Source: Spizellomyces punctatus DAOM BR117 (lineage: Eukaryota). Taken from it: a stretch of 64,000 nucleotides of DNA. The notes beneath the pieces are model-generated. The model was given only the letters and a program-made list of their open reading frames with translations. It had not been told where the DNA came from and searched no databases. A program made the translations under genes and the position numbers. Where the stretch lies: NCBI GenBank assembly GCA_000182565.2, contig KQ257461.1. The stretch is one strand, 5' to 3'. Positions 1 through 12,252 of the stretch are shown here, one piece after another. Within the stretch, counting starts at the first letter, position 1; each line of letters starts with the position of its first letter.

Positions 1-389
1 TTGATGGCCACCAAGGGGACTGCGAATTGTGATTATCACCGTTGATCAGTCACGGGCGTTAGGAATTAAAACTACTATTCACATACATCGTAGAAGAGTT
101 CGAATGGCAGATATCAGATTGATAACTTTATACTTGACTGTGTTGCTTTTGTCTCCGAATTGCGTCTGATGTGAACTTTGCCCTAGACCAACTTGGAGCG
201 AGAAAACCATCATGGTTGAGCCTGTGGTTTCGGTAACGGGCCCTCTGTCTCCCTTCGACGACTAAATTTCAATGAGCTTGGCTGCTACATACTTCGTGCC
301 AGAAACCTCTCCTCGTGTAATATTGCTATAGCGTTGATGAACAGTAGTCCAACGTACAAGAGTGTACCAAGCGAAAGCATGAAAGCCAT
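1..389 (-). CDS. YOS1: Yos1/IER3IP1 ER-Golgi trafficking membrane protein; 3' end runs off the window; missed by the ORF track
   Basis: Hand splice: MAFMLSLGTLLYVGLLFINAIAILHEERFLAR|IGLGQSSHQTQFGDKSNTVKYKVINLISAIRTLLR|FPLVAI.. The NAIAILxEERFL and LIxAIRTLLRxPL motifs are typical of the family; GT-AG introns. Confidence 0.9.
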
Positions 390-848
390 GATGGTGTCAG
401 CTATACAGCGGTTAGCGCGTTGGAAGTTGGGTTAACGTTTCGTGGTCGATGACTGTGCCAAAAATGTTGCTATGACAGTGTTATGCAACTCTACTGTACT
501 AGCATCCCCATTACGTTTCCTTAAGGCGAGTAAAATATGGCCAAAACCTTGAATGTTCCGACATTTCAAGCTCGAAAGCTACTTGTAGAACATATCAAGG
601 AAAGTGCAGCACGATGAGGACTCTTTTCTGGAAGTTTATTTTTTAAGCCAACTGCTAGCCATATCCTTTGATGTGGTTCGATATCCGGCTGGAATGCTTG
701 CTTCCTTCTCTGTACGTGCTCCAACTTTGCTGATCTGCACTTGCCCGGTCGCTGCAGTATTTGCAGAAGTACGTAAGTTTACAAAGTACAATGTTTTCGG
801 AGAAGCGGTGCTGACGGTATTGCCCTGCAATGTATTCAGTTGTTCAAA

Positions 849-2579
849 ATGGAGGTGAACTCCGCGAACGTTGAGGTGGAGAGTGAGGTTCAGCCCGAGA
901 CCACAACGACACCGCTCAGTGACTCTGCACATGCAACCACGCCCACTCCTCCAGTTCCAGTGGAGACTTCGCAGCCTACTGTTCCCGTGGACGAGGTTAC
1001 CGTACCAGTACCAGTAAACCTTGAAACTGCGAGTGATGAGGTCAAAGCAAAGATACTCAAGCAAGTGGAGTACTACTTTGGAGGTGAGGAGTCCGTAGCG
1101 CTGCATATATGGTTGTGAAATCATGCTGATGGCTTTCCGTGTAGATGCGAACCTTCCGAGAGACAAGTTCCTGATAAGCACCATCAACGAAAACCCCGAG
1201 GGATGGGTCTCTATTGAGACTCTATTGAAGTTTAACAGACTCAGGTCAATTTCTGACGATCCCCTGGTCATCGCTGATGCGCTGAGACAGAGTGCCGAAC
1301 TTCTTGAAGTATCGGACGACGGAAAATTGGTTCGTCGTCGTACTCAGCTGAAGCCAAGGTTTGCCGTTCATAGAAAGACAATATACGTGGTACGTTAGTG
1401 ACGATCTTGGTAAATCCTTGGCAATAGTGCTAATTTTCACATAGAAAGGATTTCCACCAGAGCTCAGTAACATCATCGACGAAATCGAAGGCTTCTTTTC
1501 CAACTTTGGTAAAGTGCACAATGTTAGAATTCGTCGAGATGAGAATCGCGCTTTCAAGGTTTGTGGCCAAAGGCTGCGTGCTGTGTATGATGCGGGTTCG
1601 TTAACCTGCTCTCCATATTAGGGTTCAGTTTTTGTTGAATTTAAGGAAATTCCTGCCGCAGAAAATGTTAGCCAAATGCAATTGGAGTTTCAAGGACATC
1701 CTCTAGTCATTATGATGAAGTAGGTTCAGCTGTTTAAGCATCTTCGATAGTTTCTTTCCAAACTCTAATTGTTTTTAGAGATGAATATGTAAACATGAAA
1801 TTGCGTGAAGGCCCGAAAGATCAGGATGGCAGCCACATGCATGTACAGCGTCCTTATGAAGAGTTCCCACAACTGAATTATTTGGAAAGGCATGACTTCC
1901 GTCGTCCAGGTGCCCACTCCAACTATGGCAATCGGCAACAGGGTCCAGCACTTTTGGAGCGACCAGAGGGTGCTCTGGCCTTCTTTGAAGGCGTAGCGCC
2001 TATGACGCTACGGGAGGACATTCAGGTACTTGCTTCACCACCAGTAGCTACTTATTGACCTTGTGTTTAACCACATATCTTTTTCAGCATTTCTTTGCTC
2101 GTCATGAGCGAGTACGCTGGATTAATTTTAATATCGGCGAGCAGAAGGGATCCGTTATGTTCAGCTACCCAGATGCAGCGGCTCGGGTCGTAGAGAAACT
2201 TGGTAATGGCGGTGTGGTACAAGCACCAAATGGGATTGGGGGTGGAACTACCACGGTTAGAGCAGCCACCAAGGACGAGGAGATGAACTACTGGCTGATG
2301 TCTGAGAAAGCTAGGACGAGTCTGCGAGGCAAGCGGGGCGGCCATAGAGGCAGAGGGGGCGACCGAGGTTCGAGGGAGAGGGGTGGAAGGAGGAATGATC
2401 GTTTTCAAAGGCGCCCAGAGAAGGTGCAGATGTCCACTGAGGTACCCGGTGTCGAGAATGGAGAACCCGAAACATCAGATCTCAAATCAAATGGCGGCGT
2501 AAAACGCAGTGCGGAGGATGAGCCAACTACGGATGCTTTCTCGGCACCCCCTCCAACGAAAGCAGTCAAGATGGAATAA
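849..2579 (+). CDS. LHP1: La protein (La motif, RRM1, C-terminal RRM, RGG-like tail), 6 exons
   Basis: KILKQVEYYFG|DANLPRDKFL...GWVSIETLLKFNRL La motif; TIYV|KGFP and FK|GSVFVEF RRM. Introns 1084-1144, 1390-1444, 1559-1621, 1720-1778 and 2026-2087 all keep the frame. Confidence 0.92.
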
Positions 2580-2781
2580 GTGGGTACTTTGACGGGTTGT
2601 GAACATCAGCGGGCTGAAACAGTTTCTTTTGCATTAGCTGTATATATCATAGTTTTATTGCAATTACACTTTGTACAATAATGCCTGGAGAATGATGCAT
2701 GAGAGCAGTCTGTCACATCGATGAAACTCAAATGTACATTATTTATTACGCAAAAATAGGACGGCTGTTTATACATGTTTG

Positions 2782-5700
2782 TCACTGCATCTGGTCCTGC
2801 TCAACATTGTCTTTCAATACCATCAATAGAAATTTGCCCGCGGCTGACACCTGTTGGGTGATACTCGCATCCGCAGCAAACTTCCCCAAAAGTTCGTTCG
2901 CAATTGCACTGGGAGGCAGAATTTTCACGTTTGCGCCATTCATATATGCGATCCCGCCAGTCTCTTTTGAGGCAAAGTAGTCCACAATCCAGCTAAAATG
3001 GCTGGAATCTTCGCCAGGGGCAGCCAGAGCAACTCCGACCGACCACTGACTCGCTTTATCAGCAGTGAGCATAGGTTCCCATTCTTCAATAGTGCTGGAA
3101 GCAATGACGAAACGCTGCGTCAACTTTATGAAATCTGGTGGTGCCGGGAGGGAAGAAAAAAGCGCAGGATTGCCACTCAATAGATGAACATCTACTGTGG
3201 CTTGCTTTGTTTTCAATGCAATGCGGATCTGATGTGATGCGGGAGGAAATGCGGAGGGAGAATAATGTGGTGGAAGGGATTCCGTCGATGTGATTTCCAT
3301 TGCCGTGGGTTCAGAACCGTTCAGTACCTGTAGTGCAGCCTGAGAATCGTTGAGAGATTGTATCGGAAGTCCGTTGCCATTTTCTGGCAAATTTGGCTGT
3401 GGTGCTGGGAAAGCAGGAGCCTGTGATGTTGAGGGGCTCGGCACGTTGCTGCTGACGGAAGTTTCGTGCGAGGCCACTGGTGTGGGCTGCTGCTCGTAGT
3501 CCATATCCGTGGCCATGCCACCAACGGGTTGATGGGCAGTGTGTTCGAGCGCATCTACCGTTGCAGGTTTCTCGTCTACAAAGAGTTGAAGCGTATTCAC
3601 AAGACTGTTTTAGGCTACTGTGGATTACAATGCAACATACCTTCAGATGGCATCCCAACTGCTGGACCTTCCGAGGGGTTCATGACAGGAATGACGTGTC
3701 CCTCCATGATCACCTCACCATCGTCATCGTCCTCACCAGGCTCGTACCAGTTCTCGCCATTAGCTGCCGTAGCTTCCTGTCCGCCCTCCGATGATAGACC
3801 CGCTCCTTGAAAGCCCCCAGCATTGGCAGCTTCCACTCGCGAATCGTAGTAATCTACTGCAAGCTCATCCTGAAAGCCACCAACAGTCTCGCCGCGCATC
3901 CCTCCCACGGCTCTTTGAGCACTTTCGACAGTGTCATACTGTATGAACGCGGATCGCAGGTCATCCAGCACATGCAATTGATTCTTGATAGTGCCGTATC
4001 GGCTGAAAACTCGCGTAAGTTCCTCCCGCGGAATGTGTCCGCGGGTACGGATACGAATTAGGGATGTGTGCGTCTCCGCATATTCTATGTGAACGGGTCG
4101 TTTATCAAAACCTGGTACTTCAAGTTCGGTATTGTTCATTTGAGCTCTGGCGCTGACAGCTGCATCTTTGGTTCCAAACCCCAGGAAAGCCTCAGCTCCA
4201 ACACCGTCATGGATGGTCAGTTCACAGAACAACACCGGTGAAATCTTGCCAAATTCGGTTGTAAGAATGTTTTGGGTGATACTTGGAGGCAAGTTCGTTA
4301 CATGCAGAACGCCATACGTTATCTTCTCAAAGATGTCCTCTGACGCCGGCTGGTATGTAACAATCGGAACGATTCGATGAACTTCGCTCATGCTAACGAG
4401 AATATTGGCAGTGTTGAGATCATTTGATGCTCCACTCATTGCATCTCGGACGGTGGACAACTGGGCAGAGAGAGGCGACCCAAAGAACTCCATGTTGTCC
4501 AAATCACGGACAGTATTTTCTGCTTCCCATTGATTCAATGGAGTCACTACCGCATAGCAATTCTCGAGAGAAGCAATATTGAAGAGGGCAATATCTTTCT
4601 TCGCTGAGAACTTTGAACCAAGAACTTTGTGAAGATTCTCGGAAATTTCACGACCACTCAGCCTCTGACTGAAATTGCGAATTACAACTGCCGGCGCATC
4701 TGGGGACTCAGTCTTTTGTGACGGCTCATGGGAAGCACCATCTCGGGGATTGGTAGAAAATCGGCTTGTCTGTGCTGGTTGCCCAGCATTATCGCGGCGT
4801 CGCGCACCTGTGCTCTGGGCGAATTCCACTTTCATTGGGTCGCGCATACCAAACAAATATTTCCCGGTCAAGTCTTCCAGCGCGCTCTTGGCAGATTCAA
4901 TGCTAAAAAAGTTGACAAATGCCATGGAGTGCTGTGTATACCTTCCGGGAATAATACGTAAGGACTCGATTGGCCCAAATGGCTCACAAACCCTAGCAAG
5001 TTCCCCACGGTCCAAGTCAGGAGGAACCATTGGAAGATAAAGTGATGCCGTTTCATGTTGTGGGCGTTTTTCGCGGAACGTCCGTTGCATTGGCTTAGAT
5101 GTGTCGTCATTTCCCCTTGATGATCCAAATTGACGGTGTGGAACAGATCCGGACTTCTCTACAATGTGAACAGCACTCTTTTGTCCCGGACCGGCATCTG
5201 GACCACCGCCAAATCTTGAAATCTGGGAGTCAGCACCAAAACTCAAAAGCTCAACGCCAGCCCTTGGACCCCATAGTTCAGTGGCCTGTGAGCATGAAAT
5301 CAGAAGGTTAAATTTTATGGCTTCTCATGGCTTGCCCACTGCAGCATCCTTCAGAAGTGGCAGAAATGGACAATAACATACCCTGACAAGGTTCCTGGCT
5401 TTTGTTGCGTCAGCCGCTGATTCAAATTCAACGATGGCTTGGTCAGAGTCTGGTTTCTTGCGGACCTCCACCACTTTTCCGAATTTATGGAACTCTTGCA
5501 TCAAGTCTTCCCTGGAAATGCCATGCCTCAATCCCCGCACATGCAAGTAGCCCTGAGCAGCATTTTGTTCCCGGAAGCCAGCTGATTTAAAAAAAGAACA
5601 AATGATTGACGTTGGCATCATGTATAAACGTTGGCTGCCAATCGGCAAATACGGATGTGGATACTGGATTTTGGGCGTACAAACCTTGCTTGTGTTTGAG

Positions 5701-7002
5701 CTCATGCTCATCTGGCTCAACAACGTTGAGGAATCTGCTATTGATACGACATACTGTGGGTCTGCCGCGAATCACATTTTCTGCTGCCATGCATTTAGTC
5801 GCACTTTGCTTTGTGGCATATGCTAGAAAGCAGGACGATCGCCCGCCCTTCTTAGTAGGTAAGATTTTGATTTCGGAAATGGCTCCATGTCGCTCAAACA
5901 CTTGGCGCAGCTCGGCTTCATTTGCGTCAGGTGGTAAATCGCCAATCCATAAATGACGTGTTTGCAATGAACCTTCTTGCATATCCGACGAAGGGGGACT
6001 TCCTGGCCGCCTTGAAGATGGCGAAGACTTCCGGCCGCGCTCCCGGCTGCTCCTTCGGGAACCATACCTGGAATCATAGTATGAGGAATCGGAATCACTA
6101 TCGCTGCGATAATCTCGCCTGCGGTCTGAGCGCCGTCTGCCTCGATCAGGACTTCTTTCCCTGCTTCGGTCTCTGCGACCTTTTCGGTCCCTACTGTCAT
6201 CCCGGTAATCTCTCTTACGATCTCTATAATCACCATCGCCTCGGGCACCTCGACCACGTCGATCATCCACACTACCTTCACTGTGTGCAACTGCAGTGCC
6301 AGGCATGCCTGGCTGTTGTGCACCGGTCAGGTTGAGCATGGCAGCATTCTGACCCGCTCCTAAAGCCTGGCCCAGAGGAAGCTGCTGATTTTGCACTCCC
6401 AAATTTCCCCCCTGAAGAGCATTCGGAAGCAGCGCCACGAGAAGCCGTGCCAATTGCTGCTGCTGTTGGAGTTGTTGAAGTTGTTGGAGCTGCGCTTGTT
6501 GGAGTGGCGTCAAATTCTGAACATTTGTAGCGGTTTGAGTTTGGGCAGCAGGCTGCAATCCTGTTGCGGTGGCACCTGATGCCCCAAATGGAGAGCCTTG
6601 CACGGCAGCTACTGGTGCTTGCTGTTGACCAAATGCGGGGTGCCCTTGCTGACCGAAAGTCGCGGTCTGCTGTGTGGCAGGAGACTGAGGCCTCTGCATT
6701 TGCTGTTGCTGTTGCTGAAGCTGTTGAAGCATCGCTTGCAGAGCATTGGCTTGGGATGGAGCTCCAGCAGGAGCTGATGTCGGCATGACATTTGGTAATG
6801 GATTGACAGCGCCAGCTAGAGCATTACCGAGAGGACCCAATGGATTCATTCGCTGGTTTCCGGGTTGACCAAGGCCGATTTGATTGCTTAAGAATGGAAG
6901 GGCGTTTTGGAGTTGCTGTTGGATTGGCTGCTGGCTCTGATGACCAGGTTGTTGTTGGCCTTGTTGGCCTGGCAGATTTCTCTGCCACGATTGATTCGAC
7001 AT
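2782..7002 (-). CDS. Spen/RBM15-family-like RNA-binding protein: Q-rich N-terminus, RS/RD region, about 6 RRMs, C-terminal SPOC domain; 4 exons
   Basis: Introns 5582-5684, 5286-5381 and 3576-3640 join the ORFs in frame. RRM motifs (HLWIGDLP, SLYLPMVP..AFVNF, LHVTNLPP, AFIQYDTVESA). C-terminal IALKTKQATVDVHLLSGN..IKLTQRF..IVDYFASKETGGIAY..VKILPPS parallels the Spen SPOC domain. Confidence 0.8.
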
Positions 7003-8534
7003 ATCTATAATGGGTAACTTTGCCGGGAACAACTGGCAGTCACTTGGGGAGAAAACCTTTCGATCGAATATGGGTCTTTTGACAAAACGTCTTTTGATAA
7101 AACGATGCTATTAAAAAGAGAACGCTCTTTTAAGTGGTTTCCTGAAATATGAAAAAGGTACACTTGGTAAGCACATGAGCCAGCGCGCTTGCTTTGTGTG
7201 GCAACGGGGACGTGCACGACGTGCACACTTGCGTTCAAGTTGGGTACTTGCTCGGTCACTTGCCGACTGCTCAACGAACCTTCAAGCTAATGAATTGTGG
7301 GGCATATGAGAATGGACACGCACGCCAGTTCTCTTCTGATGAAGGCAAGTGGATGGATAAGCGGAGACGTGGGACACTTGTGGACGTGCTCTTTCTACTG
7401 TCGTTCACCAATAATGCGTCTCACTCTGCACAACACCAATGTCCACACCAATGTATGATTTCCTTGAAAAAAGATTGGAAATTGGGGAATGGGCGGTGGG
7501 GGGGAAATCGATAACGCAGGGTTCCCGGGAGCAGTTGAAACTTTTAAAGGAAAACATCACGTGCGGGGCGTGTCGGTCTTTCGTAAGCAACCCGCCAACG
7601 AGCGATTCCGTTTGCTTTTGGAATCGTTTTGCTTGAACGTGCGCACTGCATTACAAAAGTGTACATACAGATGAATTCAACTCCATAGCAATCAACTGTT
7701 TTTCAAAAAGCTCCCATCCTCAACCAGCACCCAAAGAGACGTGTGGAATAAGCACAAAAACATGAGCAAAAGACCATCTCGGAATGCGCAGAGATGCTGA
7801 CCTGCAAAATATCTGCCATGTTCCCATTGCCGCCATTTGACGTTTGCCTTTGCGCAAAAGTGACATCTCCACCCTACAAAGCGATATTCCACCAATGCAA
7901 ATGTCGATCGTAAAAAACCTGCAGGGGATGATAAAGTTCATTAAAGACTCATTTAACCTGATTTGGAATAACGTTTCTCGTGTCGCGCCTCCCTTCTGCA
8001 ATTTGCAAGTCGGCCTGGCTGCTCTTCCACCGAATATTCCCCCCTTGTTGAAATTCCTTTTTTTTTTATTATTCTCCATAGCCTGCCTTCTTCCCATTTC
8101 TCTTGTGGGTGAACGGCATCGGCAGACCACAAGACTGCAAGTACTGTCAACAACGGGCTGACGTCCTAAAAGGTATGCTCGCTTAACCACCCGGAGAGTT
8201 GTCTCTGTCCCGCTTCCCATGTCCATGCTCAAACCATGCCCTTGCATTGTCTCTTTCAAAAGCCACCCGTCAGCTCGCTACCAAACTGGATGTTTTATGG
8301 TACTTGGTGGAATACTCAAATCAAAAAGCAAAGCTTGATTCGTGATATCCAGCTTTCTCAAAAGATTCAGCCTGCCGGATATTCATGAATGGCCACCGCA
8401 AAGTGACCGTCGAGTTCGGCATATTGGCGGAATCTTGATCGACCCGAGGCGAAAAGGAGTAGCATCCCTTTTCATACCTGTCCTGTCCACCCCGTGTCAG
8501 ACACAGGAGCGGTGGGAAGGAGCGGGAGTGCGCT

Positions 8535-11500
8535 ATGACAGCGGCTGTAGCCGTGACCAATTGTCTAGTGAACTTGGACATGACTGATCCCGCTAAATGG
8601 CACGGTACTGTCCCCGGCAAAATTGAGACACGGGTGGAGCGAAATGGGCAGTCCTCTGAAGCAGAAAGAGCATCCGATTTAGAAAGCCCGCATACTCCTC
8701 CGATCTTACCTGATCTGACATTTGGGAAGGAATCACTAGCGCAGATGTTGACCGTCGGCTATGGAGAGGTGTCAAAGAAGGATGTGTCAAAACGAAGAGA
8801 ACGGGCGGCCCAGATCACTCCCATATCAACACATCGTCTTAGCCACGACCACGACACTCGGCGGACGAGCGGAGGCTCTTCCATTTCGGGCTCCTCCGCT
8901 GTCCCCAATCAGCGAGTACTCGCGAGGGATTTGAGTCAGAAACGACCACAGTCCGTAGCAGTCGGATTCACGCTGGGGCCTCCGAGTGAGGATTCGCCAG
9001 AAGAAACTGTGGCGGAGACGATTTTAGATGTGATCAGAACACGCCGTCTCTCCTTCAATGGACATCAAGACGATCATCTCGCTGCTCTTCAAACATTAGC
9101 AAAGAGTTCTTCGTCATCCGCAATTGTCAATCTTGCCGCCCCTTCGACTTCGCCACCAGGATCACTTGACAACTCGACTCCCCTTGTCGACGAGCCGAGG
9201 GAAATCCGCCATGCTGAGGCGCCCTATGTTGGTCCTATCTTACCCAAGAGCATAGATCCAATATTACCGACAACGGTGGCTGTCAGGGCTCCGTCAATAC
9301 TCAGTGAAGGAAAATCTGAGGATGATCGGACCATAAAGCGAGCAATGATAGTTAACGAATTGTTGGAGACGGAAAGGATGTATGTGAACGACTTGCGGAC
9401 TTTAATTGAGGTATGAAATCTCACTGCTTGACGTTTGATATACGAGCTCACCATGGACTTGCAGAGCTTCTTTGATCGCTTGAATGCCGTTTCCTGGCTT
9501 CCGAACGACAAAAAATTCTCTTTGATGCGGAATGCCAGCGAATTGTACAAGTTTCAGCAAGAGTTTCTATTATTGCTCGAAAGCGCGATTAACACTGCGA
9601 ACGAAGCTTCCGAAGATGCGATTCTTCCCATGTCTCAAGTCTTTCTTGAAATGGTATGTTCTTGAAAGGTTTCTAAACGGACAACTCTGAGGAAGTTAAT
9701 CACTATTGTATGATAGGAACAACGGTTTGATGTATATTCCCAATACTGCACCCACCATGACGGAGCAATCAAAATTTTGACAGAATATGAGAACCGACCG
9801 GAAATGGTAACGTTTCTTCGGGACTTTCGCGGACTAGCTCAAACGAAGCTGGACGTCAAGGATTATCTTATAAAGGTGGGAATGGACGCGCAACAGTTTA
9901 GGTCCAGCAGTCATGACTAAGCAACTCGCTCGAGTAGCCGGTACAAAGGCTATGTCGATATCCCCTCCTCCTCAGTGTAGGTCACCACAGCTTTGTGGGT
10001 CCAATTTGGAACAATGATACTGACGTCGGAAACAGGAAATGATTAAAGCGACACCGGTAGACTCTGATCAGTTTAATGCTCTTCTTGCTGCGCATACAGT
10101 TATGCAGAATGTCGCACTGGAAATCGATTCTGCAAAGGTATTGTTGGTTCCGATTTGCCCTTCATATGACGGCAATTGATAGATTACAATTGTAGTGGAG
10201 GATGGAAAACATGCAGAGGACTGATCGGTTTTTTTCAAGACTGGAGAGTGCACATGCTGACCTCCCAAGTCGCTTGGAAGTCGGAGATCTGGTTCTCAGT
10301 GGAGCGCTTTATGTAGTTAATCACGATCAGTACACCGTCAAGTTTCGCTATCGGGTAATTTACTCTATATGCAACAAATGGACGCAGCCCTACTATGTTG
10401 CTAACAGCCGCGTAGGGTGTCTTCTTGTTTCCCGAGTACATATACGTAGTGAAACCGCGGAGAATGACGGCATATACCCTAAAGTTCTGTCTGTCGCTCT
10501 CTTCTTGCGAGTTCATACCTCTGGGTAATGGTGAGAGTGAGTATCATGTCATATCCCAACATCACGTATCCATCATTAAGCAGATTCCCTCTGCAGGCGT
10601 TTTGCCAAATGCGTGGCGTCTAAAGAACAGCGAGGGTGATCAGTATTACGACTTTTGTGCAACGAGTGAGAAGGAGCGTGCGGTGTGGGCAGAGACCTTG
10701 AGCCGATTAGCCCGTGCAGCGTGGGCTCGACGGTCAACACCAGACACACCTAAGGGAGAAGGCGACGCCTCCGTCGAATCTTATATGGATCCACCGATGG
10801 ACGCCTTGGACTTGAGACGTACCAGTTCTGCAGGATCAATAAACACCATGAACTCTATTATTTCAAAAACTGATGCGTTTGTTGGGCGGGAAAGGTCGCA
10901 CTCTGCGCAACAGACGCAACAGACTGTCTCTAACGCGCGGAAGAAAGAGCGTCATTTTTGGCGGCAATCGAGCGTGGATTTGCGGTTTGACATTTTTGGG
11001 GAGATTCCAGCGGGCCCACCAAATACTTACGGTACGGTTGGAACCGAGCAACAGCATCCCAAGGGAGCGCTCAACAGAAGAGGGTCTGTGGATTTGCGCT
11101 TATTGGACGTTCTGACGCCCCTGATTGAGGCAGGAGGCGTATCACCTCTCCCCACTACAAAATCTGTACCTGACCTTCAAGGGGTATGTCCTTCGCTGGG
11201 CATGTTCTGGCAGCATCGTTTGGGTTCGGGTTATGCTGATTTAATCTTGGCTCCCTTAGTTCCGCCGCAAATCCTCCGCCTTTGATCCAGACTTCCGAGC
11301 CACCGACGAGTATCAGAATGTCCGTATTGCACCACACTCTCCTGTGCACCACCATTCGATACCGCCGCCCGTTGTACCCAGTCGAGGTTGGTCTGATCCT
11401 GCAGTGACCGGATTGAGCAGCGGAGGAACAAACTCGTCCTCTTCCCTGCATCGCCTCTCCGAGGATGGTAGCACTGACGATCCAGACTCCCCCAAAAAGG

Positions 11501-11934
11501 CGTCGGACAAGGCTCAGGATGACTCTTGGTTGCAATCACCGGGAGGTACAAGTCGAATGAATTCCGGAAGTGGACACGTAGGTAAATACCCTCACAGAAA
11601 CGAAAATGGTGCCACGTATCTACCTCCCCGTACATCGAGTTTCAGCAATTCGGCCCCGCTTCTGAACCGGTATCCGTCGCGATCCAGTATATCATCTTGG
11701 GTGAGCGATCGTAGTGAATGGAATGTACCACTCCCATCGTCTCCACCTGCACGGCCGGGGGTGCGATCTAGTGGAGGCTACGCGACGGTAGGACCTGGGT
11801 ATACTCCTGAAAGCGATGACCAGAATCCTACCAAGCAACGCCGCAATAATTTGATGCGGAGAACTTGGAGCCAATTTTTCCAGGGTGGAAAAGGCATAAA
11901 AGGGGCGTTCAGAATTGGGAAAGGAAGGGATTGA
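8535..11934 (+). CDS. Dbl-family RhoGEF (DH-PH) with long disordered termini, multi-exon; start uncertain
   Basis: KRAMIVNELLETERMYVNDLRTLIE, FDVYSQYCTHH, DYLIK|PVQRLCRYPLLL (39-nt exon 9938-9976); PH motif YYDFCATSEKERAVWAETL. Confidence 0.85.
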
Positions 11935-12252
11935 AAGTCTTTTGGACAATTTTGTTGCATGTCAAGTATTAGCTTTTTTGTTGGATTTTCTGACGTTATT
12001 ACCTAATTAGTTTTTGTAGGCGGTTTGGAGGTTGTCTTATTATATTCTTCTTGTCTTGGTTTGGACTGTAGAGACGGTTGGGATAGGAGATTTATGCCGT
12101 CAATGTGTTTTTCCTTTCTGTGTACAAACATGTTTTGAGACGTTTTCTTAAATTACTATACTTTTGAACGGCACCAGAAATAACAAGACTGTGCGCGTTT
12201 ATTAATGTAACGGAAGCTACTACTATTAACGGTTAAACAACAATATAAATCA

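Noticed and set aside
661-669. ATATCCTTT, a perfect U12 (AT-AC) donor-like sequence upstream of La
   Set aside because: No downstream TTCCTTAAC-type branch site with an AC acceptor, and no coding frame to test it; likely chance.
636-1271. Long antisense or alternate-frame ORFs (e.g. 636-1271, 21157-21597, 36340-36933, 48156-48791)
   Set aside because: They are shadows of well-supported genes on the opposite strand and have no recognisable motifs.
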